From an uncultured Chloroflexia bacterium (GTDB taxonomy: Bacteria; Chloroflexota; Chloroflexia; Thermomicrobiales; UBA6265), in NCBI GenBank assembly GCA_963751075.1, contig CAVVTE010000003.1, positions 12,510-76,509 of the forward strand: a stretch of 64,000 nt of DNA, written 5' to 3'. The translations under genes were made by a program, and so were the position numbers. The notes below the pieces were generated by a model that was not told the DNA's origin, ran no database searches, and saw nothing but the letters and a program-made list of their open reading frames with translations. Positions 45,860 to 56,926 of this stretch are shown here, one piece after another. Position 1 is the stretch's first letter, and each line of letters opens with the position of its first letter.

Positions 45860-46094
45860 TGAACGGCTCGGCGTGTGATGAGATGGGGAGCGATCCGCTT
45901 CTCGGCGACGGCAACGCGCATAATGATCCTCCCGCGGATGGCCTTGGTTTTACGGCCTGACCTGGCCATGAGTGCGTCGCGCGACGCGACCCGACCAGAC
46001 CGAAAGAGCCCCAGCCGGGTTCGCCATTCGCTCCCCCCACCGTCGCGGCGATCCGGAGATCACGGCGGGGATCAAGGTGCCTGAGGAAGCTTCA

Positions 46095-46121
46095 CTCTAA
46101 CGATGATTCACAACTTGTCAA
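46095..46121 (-). promoter_or_regulatory. Sigma70-like promoter for the FMO/lactonase operon
   Basis: Minus strand TTGACA-16nt-TAGAGT. Confidence 0.55.
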
Positions 46122-46239
46122 GCGCAGGCAGTGGTCCAGGACACGCCTTCCCCGTCCCACAAGACCCTGACTGAGCCAACTCTGGCACCCCGGGAGTATT
46201 ACGAGAACGCCTACTGCATATGAGACATCATGATCACCA

Positions 46240-47523
46240 TTACCCGGGAGGCGGATTCTGGTTCCCGGCAGCCGTCACGGTGGGGATAGCGTCCTCAGGC
46301 TGTCCGAGAAAGACCTTGGCGCCGAGCCCAGCGGCCACCACTGCCGCTACGCCACCGAGGGCGAGCGCCCACCGCGGCCCCACGTGCTCCCCAATCGCTC
46401 CGATCACCGGGCCCCCGATCGGCGTCGAGCCAAGAAAGGCGACGGTCCAGAGCGCCATGACACGGCCCCGCATCTCCGCGGAACTTGTCAGCTGCAGGGT
46501 GGCATTCCCCAACGAGGTAAACCCGATCGAGCAGAACCCCACGGCAACCAACGCCAGGAGCGCCAGTGGAACGGTTGGTGCGACTGCCGTCAGCAGGACG
46601 GTGGCGCCGAAGAGGAGGGCCGCAACGGTGAGACGCCGGGTCGAACCGAAGCCCTGACTCGCCGTATAGAGCCCTCCGACGACCGCGCCCAACCCCATCG
46701 CTGCTGTCATCGCCGCGTACGTGGCCGGGCCCTGCCTGAAGGTCACCTCGGCAAAGAGTGGCAGGCTCACGGAAAACTCGTAGGTGAAGGTGCCGATGAT
46801 CGCCATCATCACGAGAATCGTTCGGATTACCGGCGAGGCGCGGACGTACCGCAACCCCTGACGGAGTTGACCAGGCACCTGCGGCGCAAGCGGTGCCGGC
46901 CGCAATTCCTCCACTCGCATCGCCATGAGCACGGCGAGGACGGCGAGGAAGGAAAGGCCGTTGATGAGAAAACAGGCGGCCAACCCAACTGAGGCGATGA
47001 GAATGCCTGCGATCGCGGGTCCGATGACTCGCGCCAGATTGATCTCGGTGGAGTTGAGCGAGACCGCATTGACGATCTCATCTTTGCCAACCATCTCCAC
47101 CACAAAGGCCTGGCGCGTCGGGTTGTCCACCGCGCTAACCGTGCCCAGACAGAGCGCAAGCAGGTACACCATCTCGATGCGGATCGCCCCGGTTGCCACC
47201 AGCGTTCCCAGCAGAAGACCTAAGACGGCTGAGACCGCTTGTGTCACATAGAGGATGCGGCGCTTGGGGAAGCGATCCGCCACGACGCCTCCCCACGGCC
47301 CAAACAGGAGCACGGGGATGGTCTGCAGCGCCGTTACCAGTCCTAGGGCGGTGCCCGATCCCGTCAACTGGAGGACCAGCAGCCCCTGGGCCACAGTTTG
47401 CATCCAGGTACCGGACAGGGAAATCCCTTGGCCCACCACCCAGAGTCGATAGTTGCGAATGGTCAGTGAAGAAAATGTACGGGTGAGGGTGGAAGACACG
47501 CGGTTCACGGTATGCGTTGCCAT
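46240..47523 (-). CDS. MFS transporter (MFS_3/DHA3)
   Basis: RNYRLW..GQ.IS..GTWMQ.VA, GG.VADRFPKR, DNPTRQAF, MRGRVMAL. Confidence 0.92.
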   Translation of the reverse strand: MATHTVNRVSSTLTRTFSSLTIRNYRLWVVGQGISLSGTWMQTVAQGLLVLQLTGSGTALGLVTALQTIPVLLFGPWGGVVADRFPKRRILYVTQAVSAVLGLLLGTLVATGAIRIEMVYLLALCLGTVSAVDNPTRQAFVVEMVGKDEIVNAVSLNSTEINLARVIGPAIAGILIASVGLAACFLINGLSFLAVLAVLMAMRVEELRPAPLAPQVPGQLRQGLRYVRASPVIRTILVMMAIIGTFTYEFSVSLPLFAEVTFRQGPATYAAMTAAMGLGAVVGGLYTASQGFGSTRRLTVAALLFGATVLLTAVAPTVPLALLALVAVGFCSIGFTSLGNATLQLTSSAEMRGRVMALWTVAFLGSTPIGGPVIGAIGEHVGPRWALALGGVAAVVAAGLGAKVFLGQPEDAIPTVTAAGNQNPPPG

Positions 47524-48073
47524 CTCACGTCAGCGCCAAGGCGAGGAGCAATGATGCTGCCACCACCCATGGCTGACAACGCCTGCTCGGCACCAGCATC
47601 TCCTATCACACTGGCGCCTGTCGGGGCCGCCTCCCAGTACCCGGTAAGTCCTGCCCTTGAACACGCGCTGGGCTGGGTTCTGCAGCGCACAATACAAGAC
47701 CACAGCCGCAAATAGTTGGAAGCGGCCGCCACTTGTTTCACAAAGGATCCAGCCTAACGTCTTGGATTGGCGAGGAAGCGGCGAATTGCTTGCTGTCGCA
47801 CTATCCAGCCTGTGGCCTGCGTGGTCCCGACGTCATAATGAGGATTTCACTGAGGGTCTTCTTGAAGATCTTCCGAGGCATTCACGGAGGCAAACCGAGG
47901 GTGACGATCGGGACCCGCAGTGCAGGCTGCCGGCCACCCTGCAGAGACCGTGCCACCTGGTGTCCGCCTTGGCGGGAGTACACCTACCCAGAAGTACCGT
48001 CTTCAGCCCAGTAACTCAACAACGACCCTTTCCGAGGTAATCCGGGAAGAGCCTCTTCTAGCTCAGGTGTACG

Positions 48074-49325
48074 TTAGGGCTCGACGATCATGCTCTGCAG
48101 GTCCCGCGGGTAATAGGTCAGACGCTCGACACCGTCAGCGCGGACAACCACGGTGTCGGAATGGCGGAACCCCGCCAGACCGGACACGTAGATCCCGGGC
48201 TCGATGGTCAGGACCATTTTTTCCTCGATGACGTCGTTGCTGCCCTTATCGATGAATGGCCACTCGTGTCCCTCGAGACCGATTCCGTGACCGGTGTGGT
48301 GGCGCTGATACTCCGCCACACCCAGGTCGGCGAAGGCGGCACTCACCTCGGTCTCAACCTCACCCAGTGTGCGCCCCGGCCGGATGGCATCAAATGCGGT
48401 CTGCTGCAGCTGGAGCATGCGATCGAAGTAGTGCTCGAACTCCGGAGTCGGCTCGCCAATGATCATCGTCCGCTCGAGCTCCGAGTTGTAACCGCCGACG
48501 TCCGCCCCAGCCCCGGTCACGAGCACATCGCCCCGTTGCAGCCCTTTCGTGTTCAGGAGGCCGTGCGGCTGCACGGTGTTCGCCCCAGCGCTGAAGATCA
48601 CCATCGCCGGCGTACCAAAACCCGCCGTCAACGTCCGGTATGTTGGGCCAAGAGCAGCGATCATCGTGCGGCTGGCCTCGGCCGAGGCTTCGACCCCGAT
48701 CTCCATCGCATTGCGCCCGAGCGCAAGCTTCTCCTGCATCAGACGGTGGGCCAGATTTCCCCAGACGCAGCTCTCTTTGATGAACGCCAACTCCGCGTCA
48801 CTCTTGACCGCGCGGAGCCGGTCGATGATGTCGCGCGACGGGAGCGTTTCGACTCCATCCGCCACGATTTCCGTCAACAAGGGGCCGTCGTAGCCGTTGA
48901 TATCGAGGTAACCATTCGAGTCATAGCCAAGCCGCGTTCCCGTGTCGTTCAGCCCCATCTCGGACAACAGATCGACCAGGTAGAGCAGGGGATGCTTCGC
49001 GCCGCCGGTCGGGTACTCGGGGTAGACCATGACCCGCTCGACACCCGATATCGCGCCAATGTGGTCCTGTTCCAGGTGCGGAACCAGCGCCCCCAGCCCG
49101 CCATCCTGCCCGACGACGATCGCCATCGGCCGCTCGGTGCTGTAGTGGAAAAACCCCGAGAGATAGGCCATGCGGATCGGATGGAAAAGGACGAGACCGC
49201 TCAGGCTGCCGCCGCTCCAGCTCATGCCGCGTGCGCGCCACCCGCGCATCGTATTCCGGCTGCTCGATGCCCCATCCCATGACAGGCGTCGTTCGAACTC
49301 CCTGTTGTGCTGACACCGTGACCAT
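48074..49325 (-). CDS. M24 family Xaa-Pro peptidase / creatinase-like (frameshift ~49205)
   Basis: LRAVKS.AEL, PH, GY.SELERT, HHTGHGIGLEGHE.P, TIEPG, RHSDTV. Confidence 0.9.
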
Positions 49326-49453
49326 TCAGGTCCTCCTTTCGCTTGTTTGACCGAGCTAGCGGCTGGGATGCCAGAGATCGAAGGCGTCACGCAGGCCGTC
49401 GCTCATCACAGTAAAGGCCAGCACCGTCAGGTGTTCTTGGTCGTGGTGCGTGG

Positions 49454-50432
49454 TTATGCGGTTGGGGTTGCGCCTCCGGGACCAGGTGTGGCGTCGTCTC
49501 CCGCGACGGTGAAGGGCTGAACCATGCCCAGTGCAAACGCCGGCTGCCCGGTCTCTGGATCAAAAACGTACGAGACGACCATGTACGTCCCGGGGGGCAG
49601 GTCCGGTTCCAGCCAGACCGTCTTGCCGGGGGAGAGAATTGCCGCGTAGGCGACCCCCGTAAACTGATCAAAGGTCGTCGCTCCTGGGACCGGGGTGCCC
49701 GACATCAGCCCTGCCATCATCTGTTGGAACTGCTCAACCGTGACCGAACCGTTCGTCCGCCAGAAGACGACCTGCCGCGGCTGCTCCCCGACATTCGTGA
49801 TCTCCCAGATCTGCGGTCCCGCGGGGACTCGGTTGCTCCAGGCCGCTGAAGGCGACGTCACGCAGCTGCACCCGTACAGAAGCAGGTATCACCTCAGCTG
49901 CGACCGGTGAGGCTTGAGGGGAGGCAAGTGATTCCGTCACGGTAAGCGGGATCAGCTGCATGATCTCCTCACCGTCCCCTCCGGCCTGGTATGAGACTGC
50001 CGTGCGCCAATCGCCGGCATCCAGATCGACGACGAACCAGGCCGTTTCATTCTCCAGGGCGAAGGAACCGCCGCCGTAGACATAGCCCGGGTGCGGTACG
50101 TCCTGACTCGCCGTCTCCAGCACCTGGGCCGTCGCCTCCTCCTCCGAGGTTCCAGCGGGAATCTGCACGAAGTTGACGTACGAACTGACCTCGCCAACGG
50201 AGGTCAACGAGACTAAATACCTCCCAGCGGCGACCTCCGCTGGCGCACCCTCAACCGTGCCGTCCGGCATCTGCCGTAGGGTGATTTCGGGGAGCCCAAG
50301 CGTTGCCAGCGTCTGGTTGGAAAACGACCAGTCGGTCCCTGGTCCCTCCTGGGCCACAGCTCCTCCAGCCGGCCCAAGCGTCAACCCGACCAGCAGAGCG
50401 GCTACGCCAGGCCACCACTGGAACCGTCGCAT
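49454..50432 (-). CDS. Secreted hypothetical protein with two cupredoxin-like beta domains (frameshift ~49840)
   Basis: AAGGAGGAG SD; signal peptide; P.EV.AGRYLV and WEITN.GEQP..DLPPGTY..ALGMV. Confidence 0.65.
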
Positions 50433-50776
50433 TGTCTCCTCCTTGTCATCTAACCCGATTGTTCCGGTCGTCATAGCACTGGTGCGAGCAGCCTCAGCTA
50501 GTCCACAAACCCGTGCCCGGAGCGACACCTCACTTGCAGGCGGAAACGCACGGTGCAGGCCAGCGTGACCCTGTGATGGCGCAACGGCTCACGACACGCC
50601 GGGTCACCTAGCTCGGATAGATCTCGAGGTGTCTGGTTCGCGCTGACAACGCATTCCGCACTGCGTGGCGCTGAGTAGCGTGGAGAGGGCGACGGGGCAT
50701 GACCCATGGGCACGATCCGTGGGCCATGTATGATGCCTCGTGCGGTCTGGATCTCGCACTCGGATGCGACGAGGAC

Positions 50777-52003
50777 ATGGGTCTCACACTCACGCCTTCC
50801 GTCTATCGGAATGTGGCTCGGCTGGCCCAGCCCCTGGTTGCTTCCATCCCAATCACGATCTTCTCGCTGGCGGCGGTCTCCTTGCCGCTTGCGACGGCGC
50901 AGTCGCTCGGGCTCTCCTCCCGCCTGACCGGCACCTGGCTCGTCGCGCTCTACGCCGTCCCCGGGCTAGCCTCGATCATCCTGAGTCTGGCGTTTCGCCA
51001 GCCGCTGCTCGTGGCCTGGCACATTGCCGTCGTCGCCTTTGTCGCCTCGCTCAGCCAGACCATGCCCTATCCGGACCTCCTGGGAGCCATGATCGTTGCC
51101 GGCCTCGTCGTGGCCGCCCTCGGCGCGCTCGGTCTCACCACCCGGGTCGCCGCGTTCGTCCCCACCCCCGTGGTCTTTGGGGTGGTCGCCGGCAATGTCC
51201 TGCCGTTTGTGGTGGGGACATTTGAGGCACTGCAGACCGAAGGACTGCTCGTCGGCGCGGCGCTTGCCGCCTACCTCATTGGGCGGCGGGCGCGCGCTCC
51301 CCGCGTGCCGCCGATCCTGCCCGCGCTGGTGGTGGGGGTGGCGCTCGCCGCGGTCACGGGGCGGCTCCACGGGCTTGCGTCCGGGTGGACCTGGCCCGCG
51401 CTCGCGCCCGTGACTCCGTCGTTCACCCCGGCGGCAGTCCTGACGGTGGTCCCGATTGCCGTGCCGCTGATCGCCCTGCACGCCAACCTCACCGCGGTCG
51501 CCTATCTCCGCAGCGAGGCCTACGCGCCACCGGCACGGGCGATTGAGGTGACGACCGGGGTCGCTACTGTGGTGGCATCGCTGTTTGGGCCATGCCCGAT
51601 CTGCATGGCAGCGCTGGTGACGCCGCTGACCGCTGGGCCGGAGGCAGGGGAGCGATCAGTCCGGCCCTGGGCCGCGTACGCGAGCGCCGTAGGGTTCCTG
51701 TTCATTGCGCTGGGCGCGGGAGTGGCCGCCGATCTCCCCTCCCTGCTCCCACTGCCGCTGCTGCTGGCGGTGGCCGGCCTGGCACTGCTCGGGGTGCTGA
51801 GCCAAGCCCTGGAACAGGTCATAACCGGACCCCTCCGGCTCGGGCCGTTGGTCGCCTTCGCCGTCGCGTCCTCCACGCTCTCGCTCTTGGGACTAGGCGC
51901 GGCGTTCTGGGCACTCGCCTTCGGCACCATGACGTCTCTGCTCGTGGAAGGGGACGCGTTGCGCGCTGGCAGAAGTGCCAGGTCCAGCAAGGTGCCAGGC
52001 TAG
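50777..52003 (+). CDS. benE: Benzoate/H+ symporter BenE family
   Basis: Multiple TM segments; LS..FRQPL.VAW, L.A.AGLALLG.L, AFAVA.S.LSLLGLGAAFWAL. Confidence 0.8.
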   Translation: MGLTLTPSVYRNVARLAQPLVASIPITIFSLAAVSLPLATAQSLGLSSRLTGTWLVALYAVPGLASIILSLAFRQPLLVAWHIAVVAFVASLSQTMPYPDLLGAMIVAGLVVAALGALGLTTRVAAFVPTPVVFGVVAGNVLPFVVGTFEALQTEGLLVGAALAAYLIGRRARAPRVPPILPALVVGVALAAVTGRLHGLASGWTWPALAPVTPSFTPAAVLTVVPIAVPLIALHANLTAVAYLRSEAYAPPARAIEVTTGVATVVASLFGPCPICMAALVTPLTAGPEAGERSVRPWAAYASAVGFLFIALGAGVAADLPSLLPLPLLLAVAGLALLGVLSQALEQVITGPLRLGPLVAFAVASSTLSLLGLGAAFWALAFGTMTSLLVEGDALRAGRSARSSKVPG

Positions 52004-52246
52004 GGCCTCTCTGTGACCCCGTGCCGGAAAGGGCAACCCGCGATTCCTACTCCACGCCGGGTGCCAGACCCCGGAACGCGTTCAGCGCCGCGTCGGAACA
52101 ATGGCCACGCACCTCGACGATCTTTCCGGCAACACCTGGGACCGACACCGATGGCCCAGACTTTCTTTATGGCCCCAGCATCCTGCGCCGTCAAGCGGAA
52201 TTGTGATGATCCTCCGGTTGTCACCTCATCACGATGCCTCAGCTCC

Positions 52247-54000
52247 TCACGATGTTCTCAGCCGCGCTGTTTTCTCCTCATCCACCGCGTAATGCTCCGG
52301 CAGTCTGACCAACTGATCCGGCGTGCCTAGGTATCGGATCACGACCCCGTAATCGCGCTCAGCGCTTTCCAAAGACACGTAGCCGGCAACCACATCGGCC
52401 AGGACCGCCTCGACCGGACGATTGAACGGATCGCCGTAGCCGGCGCCGCCCGGCGGGGCCAGCAGGACAGTTTGCCCTGGCTCTAACCCAATGACCGTTT
52501 TTGGTTTGAGCGGACGGCCGTCGGCGGCGAACTCGCCCATGCGCGCCCGGTCCACCTCCCGCGAACCCCTGCGCCGCGAACTTCGTGCGGTCGATCATCG
52601 CCGAGACGCTCCAGGGACCGTCGCCGCGATACCAGTACTCCGTCGCCTGCCCCAGACCACCGCGGGTCTCCCCGGCGCCACCGGAGTCGGTGCGCAACTC
52701 GCGTCGCGATTGCACCAGGGCGGAGAGGCTCTCGATCACCTCGGCCGGCACCCCGGCCACGCCGGAGGGGAAACCGGTCGTGCTCAGACCGTCCTTGGTG
52801 GCGCGGGCTCCCGTGCCCCCGACCTGGAAGATCGCGGTCATGAAGGGCTCGTCGTTCTCCGGATGTGCCCCACGCCAGACGCTGAGCCAGATCGGATCGG
52901 CGCCGCCCGCCAGTAGCCGCTCCGGCAATGCCTGGGCCAGCGCGCCGAAGATGGCGCTGGGGACGAAGTGTCCGACCAGGTGCCGCGCCGCCACCGCCGC
53001 CGGCTCGACGCAGTTGAGGATCGAGCCGAGCGGCGCGGTAACGTGCACCGGCCGGAAGGCCCCTTCGTTGTGCGGCACGTCGGGGGCGACCGCCGCCTTC
53101 AGGGCAAAGGAGGCGTAGCCGTGCGTGTAGTTCAGCACGACGTTGATGCCTCGCCCGCTCTGCGGCGACGACCCGGCGAAGTCGATGTCGATCTCATCCC
53201 CACGGACCGTGACGGTCGCCACGATCACGATCGGCTCCTCGAACCCATCGCTCCAGACTTCATGCTGGTAGACCCCGTCGGGGAGGGAGCGGATCGCCTC
53301 GCGCAGGGCGCGCTCGGAGCGGGCGATGATCTCGTCGGCCAGGGGATCGACGCTCTCCAGCCCGAACTCGTCCATCATCGTCAACAGTGCCCGCCCCCCG
53401 ACGTCGTTGCACGAGGCCTGGGCGTAGAGATCGCCGACCGTCTCGTCCGGGAGGCGGACATTGGCGCGGATGATCTTCAGCAGCTCGTGGTTCGGCTCGC
53501 CGCGGTCGAAGAGCTTCGTCACCGGGACGCGCAGCCCCTCCTCGTAGATCTCGTGCGCCTCCCCGGAGAAGACCTGACCGCCAATGTCCGCCGCGTGGCA
53601 GAGGTTGCCGAAGTAGCCAACGATCCGCCCCTCGCGGAAGACCGGGGTGACGACCGTGAAGTCGTTGAGCTGCCCCGAGGTCATCCAGGGGTCGTTGGTG
53701 ATCAGCACGTCGCCGGGACCCAGCGTCTCGGGGGGATAGGCGGCGAGGAGGTGACGCACGCCGGTGGCCATCGGGTTGATGTGCCCCGGGGTGCCGGTCA
53801 GCGACTGCGCCATCATCTGACCGCGGGTGTCGAACACGCCGCAGGCGAGGTCCTGCGATTCGCGCACGACGGTGCTGAAGGCGGTGCGCATCAGCGCCGC
53901 CTGCTGCTCGTTGGCGACCGAGAGGAGCCGGTTCCAGAGGACTTCCAGCGTCACCGGATCGAGCGGGGTCGCTTCGCTCGAGGGGAGAAGGGGGAGACAC
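52247..54000 (-). CDS. Hydantoinase B / 5-oxoprolinase subunit (frameshift ~52550)
   Basis: LEVLWNRL, RTAFS..VRESQD, GTPGHIN, NDPW, H.ADIGG, EEGL, DSGGAG..RGGLG, GG.GYGDP. Confidence 0.92.
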
Positions 54001-54014
54001 TTCGCTCAGGGGGG
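53965..54014. repeat. Left inverted arm flanking the four-helix-bundle gene
   Basis: GGGGTCGCTTCGCTCGAGGGG...AGACACTTCGCTCAGGGGG. Confidence 0.8.
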
Positions 54015-54018
54015 AGAA

Positions 54019-54431
54019 TCACCGGTTGGCCTCAGTTTCTGTAGATCCACGTAGGCTGCGTAGCAGGCCACGGATCAGGCGACGAACTTCCATCATCTGA
54101 GCCGTCAGCCTTCCGCTCGTATCAGCGTCGCGTAGCCAAGCTGTTCAGCGATCAGCACTTGGTTTCGAGCTCGCATAGCGAACCGTACGCGACAGACACA
54201 TGATGAGCGAACTCACGTGGCCCAGTTCGGCCATGGCCTTCCGCCAGATTCGATGGGATCGAGACCGCAGCTCGTCGTACTTGCGAGGTGAGTCCGTAGA
54301 GCTCCTCACGCGACCAATTCCCGTCGCTCGGTAGACCGCGGTCACTAGGGCCATTGCCTTCTCCAGGCTATCAGTCCTGAAATCCGCTCTTCCGACCCGC
54401 ACCATTCTCCGCCCACCCGTTCGGCGCCCAT
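54019..54431 (-). CDS. Four-helix-bundle protein (23S rRNA intervening-sequence / Avd-like family), frameshifted
   Basis: Joined frames give LIAW.[59 protein letters not shown].ELET....AEQLGY. Confidence 0.85.
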
Positions 54432-56681
54432 CAGTCCGTCAGCCACGACCGCGCTCTTCCCTCTCCCTTTCCCCCTAAGCGAAGCGTCTCCCCTGAGCGA
54501 AGCGACCCCCTCACCCCCCTGCGCAACAACGAGATTCCCTTGATCATCGACCGACACCGTCGCGCCGGGGCCGATGACGGTGGTCGACTCCCGCTCCTCG
54601 ACGATGGCGGGTCCGGCGAATGTGGCGCCCGGTCCCAGCCGGTAGCGGTCGTAGACCGCAACGTCGGTCATTCCGCCCTGCTCTGACACGTACGCCCGGC
54701 GCGTGCCCTTGCATGCTGATGCGGCGTCGCCGGTTGCCTCCGGCGCGGTCGAGAGCCGCAGATCGGGCCGCGGGCCGGACGAAACGACCCGCCAGGTGAT
54801 CGCTTCCACCGGCACCGGCGGACCGAGCCGGCCGTAGAGACGGAGATACTCGGTCTCGAACGCCTGCCGGATCGCCGGAACGCCCGCCGGGGTGAGTGGC
54901 CCCGGCGGCAGCGGCACTCGCACCTCGTGTCCCTGCCCGACATACCGCATCTCGGCTGCCCGGCGGTGGGTCACATCCCGTCCCCGCAGCCCGGCCGAGG
55001 CCAGCAGCATCGTGCCCTCCTCTTCCATCTCCGCCATGAGCCCGTTGACCCGGGCCCAGTCGAGGGTGTCGAGGCGGCCGGGGAAGGAGCGGGTGAAATC
55101 GAAAGCGACCGGCGCGGCCAGGAAGCCGATGGCGCTCATCACTCCGGCGCCGGAGGGGACGATCAGGCGCGGCGAGCCGAGTGCCGCCGCGATGCGATAG
55201 CCATGCACCGGCCCGGCGCCGCCGAAAGCGAAGACCGGCAGCCGCCGCGGATCGCCGCCTCGTTCCAGGGTGTGCACCCGGGCCGCGCCGGCCATGGTCT
55301 CGTTGACGATCTGGTGGATTCCCCAGGCCGCCTCCTCGATGCTCAATCCGAGCGGATCGGCCACGTCGCGGCGGATCGCCTCCCGCGCCGCGTCGACGTC
55401 GAGGGACATCGCGCCGCCGAGAAAGAAGCCGGGATCGAGATAGCCCAGGACCAGATCGGCATCGGTGACCGTCGGCCGCTCGCCGCCACGACCGTAGCAG
55501 GCCGGGCCGGGGTCGGCGCCCGCGGAATCGGGCCCGACCTTGAGCAGGCCTAATGCATCGATGCGGGCGATCGATCCTCCCCCGGCGCCAATCTCGATCA
55601 TCTCGATCACAGGCAGATTGATCGGCAGCCCGGAGCCCTTTTTGAAGCGATAGCGACGGTCGACCTCGAAGCCGTGCGCCAGCAACGGCTCGCCGCGGGC
55701 GATCACTGCGAACTTGGCGGTGGTGCCCCCCATATCAAAGGAGAGCAGATCCTCGTAGCCGGCGGCGGCGCCAAAGGCCGCGGCGGCGAGCGCGCCCCCG
55801 GCCGGACCGCTCTCCAGCAGCCGCACCGGGAAGCGGGCGGCCGTCTCGACCGTCGCCAGCGCGCCGGAGGAGATCAGCATCAGCAACGCGCCGTGGAAAC
55901 CCGCCCGCCCCAGTCGCTCTTCCAGATCCTGCAGATAGCGCTCGACCCGGGCCTGCACGTAGACATTGGCCACGGTCGTCGAGGTCCGCTCGTACTCTCG
56001 GATCTCCGGCACGACGTCGGAGGAGATGGACACCCGGATATCAGGTGCGGCCCGTTTCACGGCCTCCCGCGCACGCCGCTCTAGCTCGGGATTGGCGAAG
56101 CTGTTGAGGAAGGCGATGGCGATTGCCTCGATCCCGGCGGCGTCCAACTCCCGGGCCAGGCGCTCGACGTACTCCTCGTCCAGATCGTGCCCTGGCAGCG
56201 TCGAGCCGTCGGCGAGGGTGCGCCCCGGCACGCCGAAGCGGAGATAGCGCGGCACGAGGGGGCGCGGCATCTCCAATTGCAGGTCGTAGAGGTCGTAACG
56301 ATGCTCGCGGCCGATCTCGAGCGAATCACGGAAGCCCTCAGTGGCAAGGAGCGCCGTCGGCGCCCCCTTGCGCTCGATCAGCGCGTTGGTGACCAGGGTC
56401 GTGCCATGGATGATCTGACCGAGGGCCGACATCGGCGCGTCCGCGGACGCCAGTGTCTCCTCCAGCCCGGTCTCGATCGCCTGCGAGGGATCATCCGGCG
56501 TAGTGAGCGTCTTCCCAACGACGAACGCCCCAGTGGCGTCGTCATAGACGACCAGATCAGTAAAGGTGCCACCGATGTCGACGCCGGCGCGGAGGGAGTG
56601 GTGAGTCGAGGAGTCGGGGAGCCGAGGAGTCGAGGAGGGGTGGAACGCAGGTTGGGCCAATGACTGAAGATTTGCCTTCAA
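54431..56681 (-). CDS. Hydantoinase A / 5-oxoprolinase subunit (ends approximate)
   Basis: GVDIGGTFTD, HGTTL.TNA, REYERT.T, ESGPAGG, DMGGTT, IGAGGGSIA, SAGA.PGPACYGRGG, FGGAGP.H, MRY.GQ. Confidence 0.95.
54471..54510. repeat. Right inverted arm flanking the four-helix-bundle gene (within the hydantoinase A 3' end)
   Basis: CCCCCTAAGCGAAGCGTCT-CCCCTGAGCGAAGCGACCCC, reverse complement of the left arm. Confidence 0.8.
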
Positions 56682-56922
56682 CCCTCTCCCGATCGAGCGC
56701 CCTCACTCCCAACCCGCCACCCGGAGGTACCCGGCCCGTCGAGCCGGGAGAGGAGGCTTTCTCCGCCACCCGGCTTGACTCCCTTCTCCCCACTCCGAGG
56801 GGAGAAGGGTTGGGGATGAGGGGCGTTCCGGAGAGACGCGCTGCTGATAATCGGAAGGCCGACTTCAATCCTCCTTCTCGACTCCTACTTGCCGTCTTGC
56901 CGTCTTGCCGTCTTGCCGTCTC
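56603..56922. repeat. Nested repeat element: 8-mer arms enclosing a CCCTCACTCCCAACCC...GGGTTGGGGATGAGGG palindrome
   Basis: (GAGTCGAG)n 56603-56640; inner palindrome 56700-56822; CTCGACTCC and (TTGCCGTC)x4 56877-56920. Confidence 0.8.
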
Positions 56923-56926
56923 TCAT

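Noticed and set aside
47881-47935. c-di-GMP-I riboswitch-like GGCAAACC..GTGA..GGGAC
   Set aside because: The GCAAAGC/P2 part is missing and there is no downstream gene on that strand
49734-50528. Programmed frameshifting in split genes
   Set aside because: No slippery heptamers or consistent signals; sequencing indels are more parsimonious
54019-54431. DGR accessory gene (avd) of a diversity-generating retroelement
   Set aside because: No reverse transcriptase and no TR/VR pair with adenine-specific mismatches in the window
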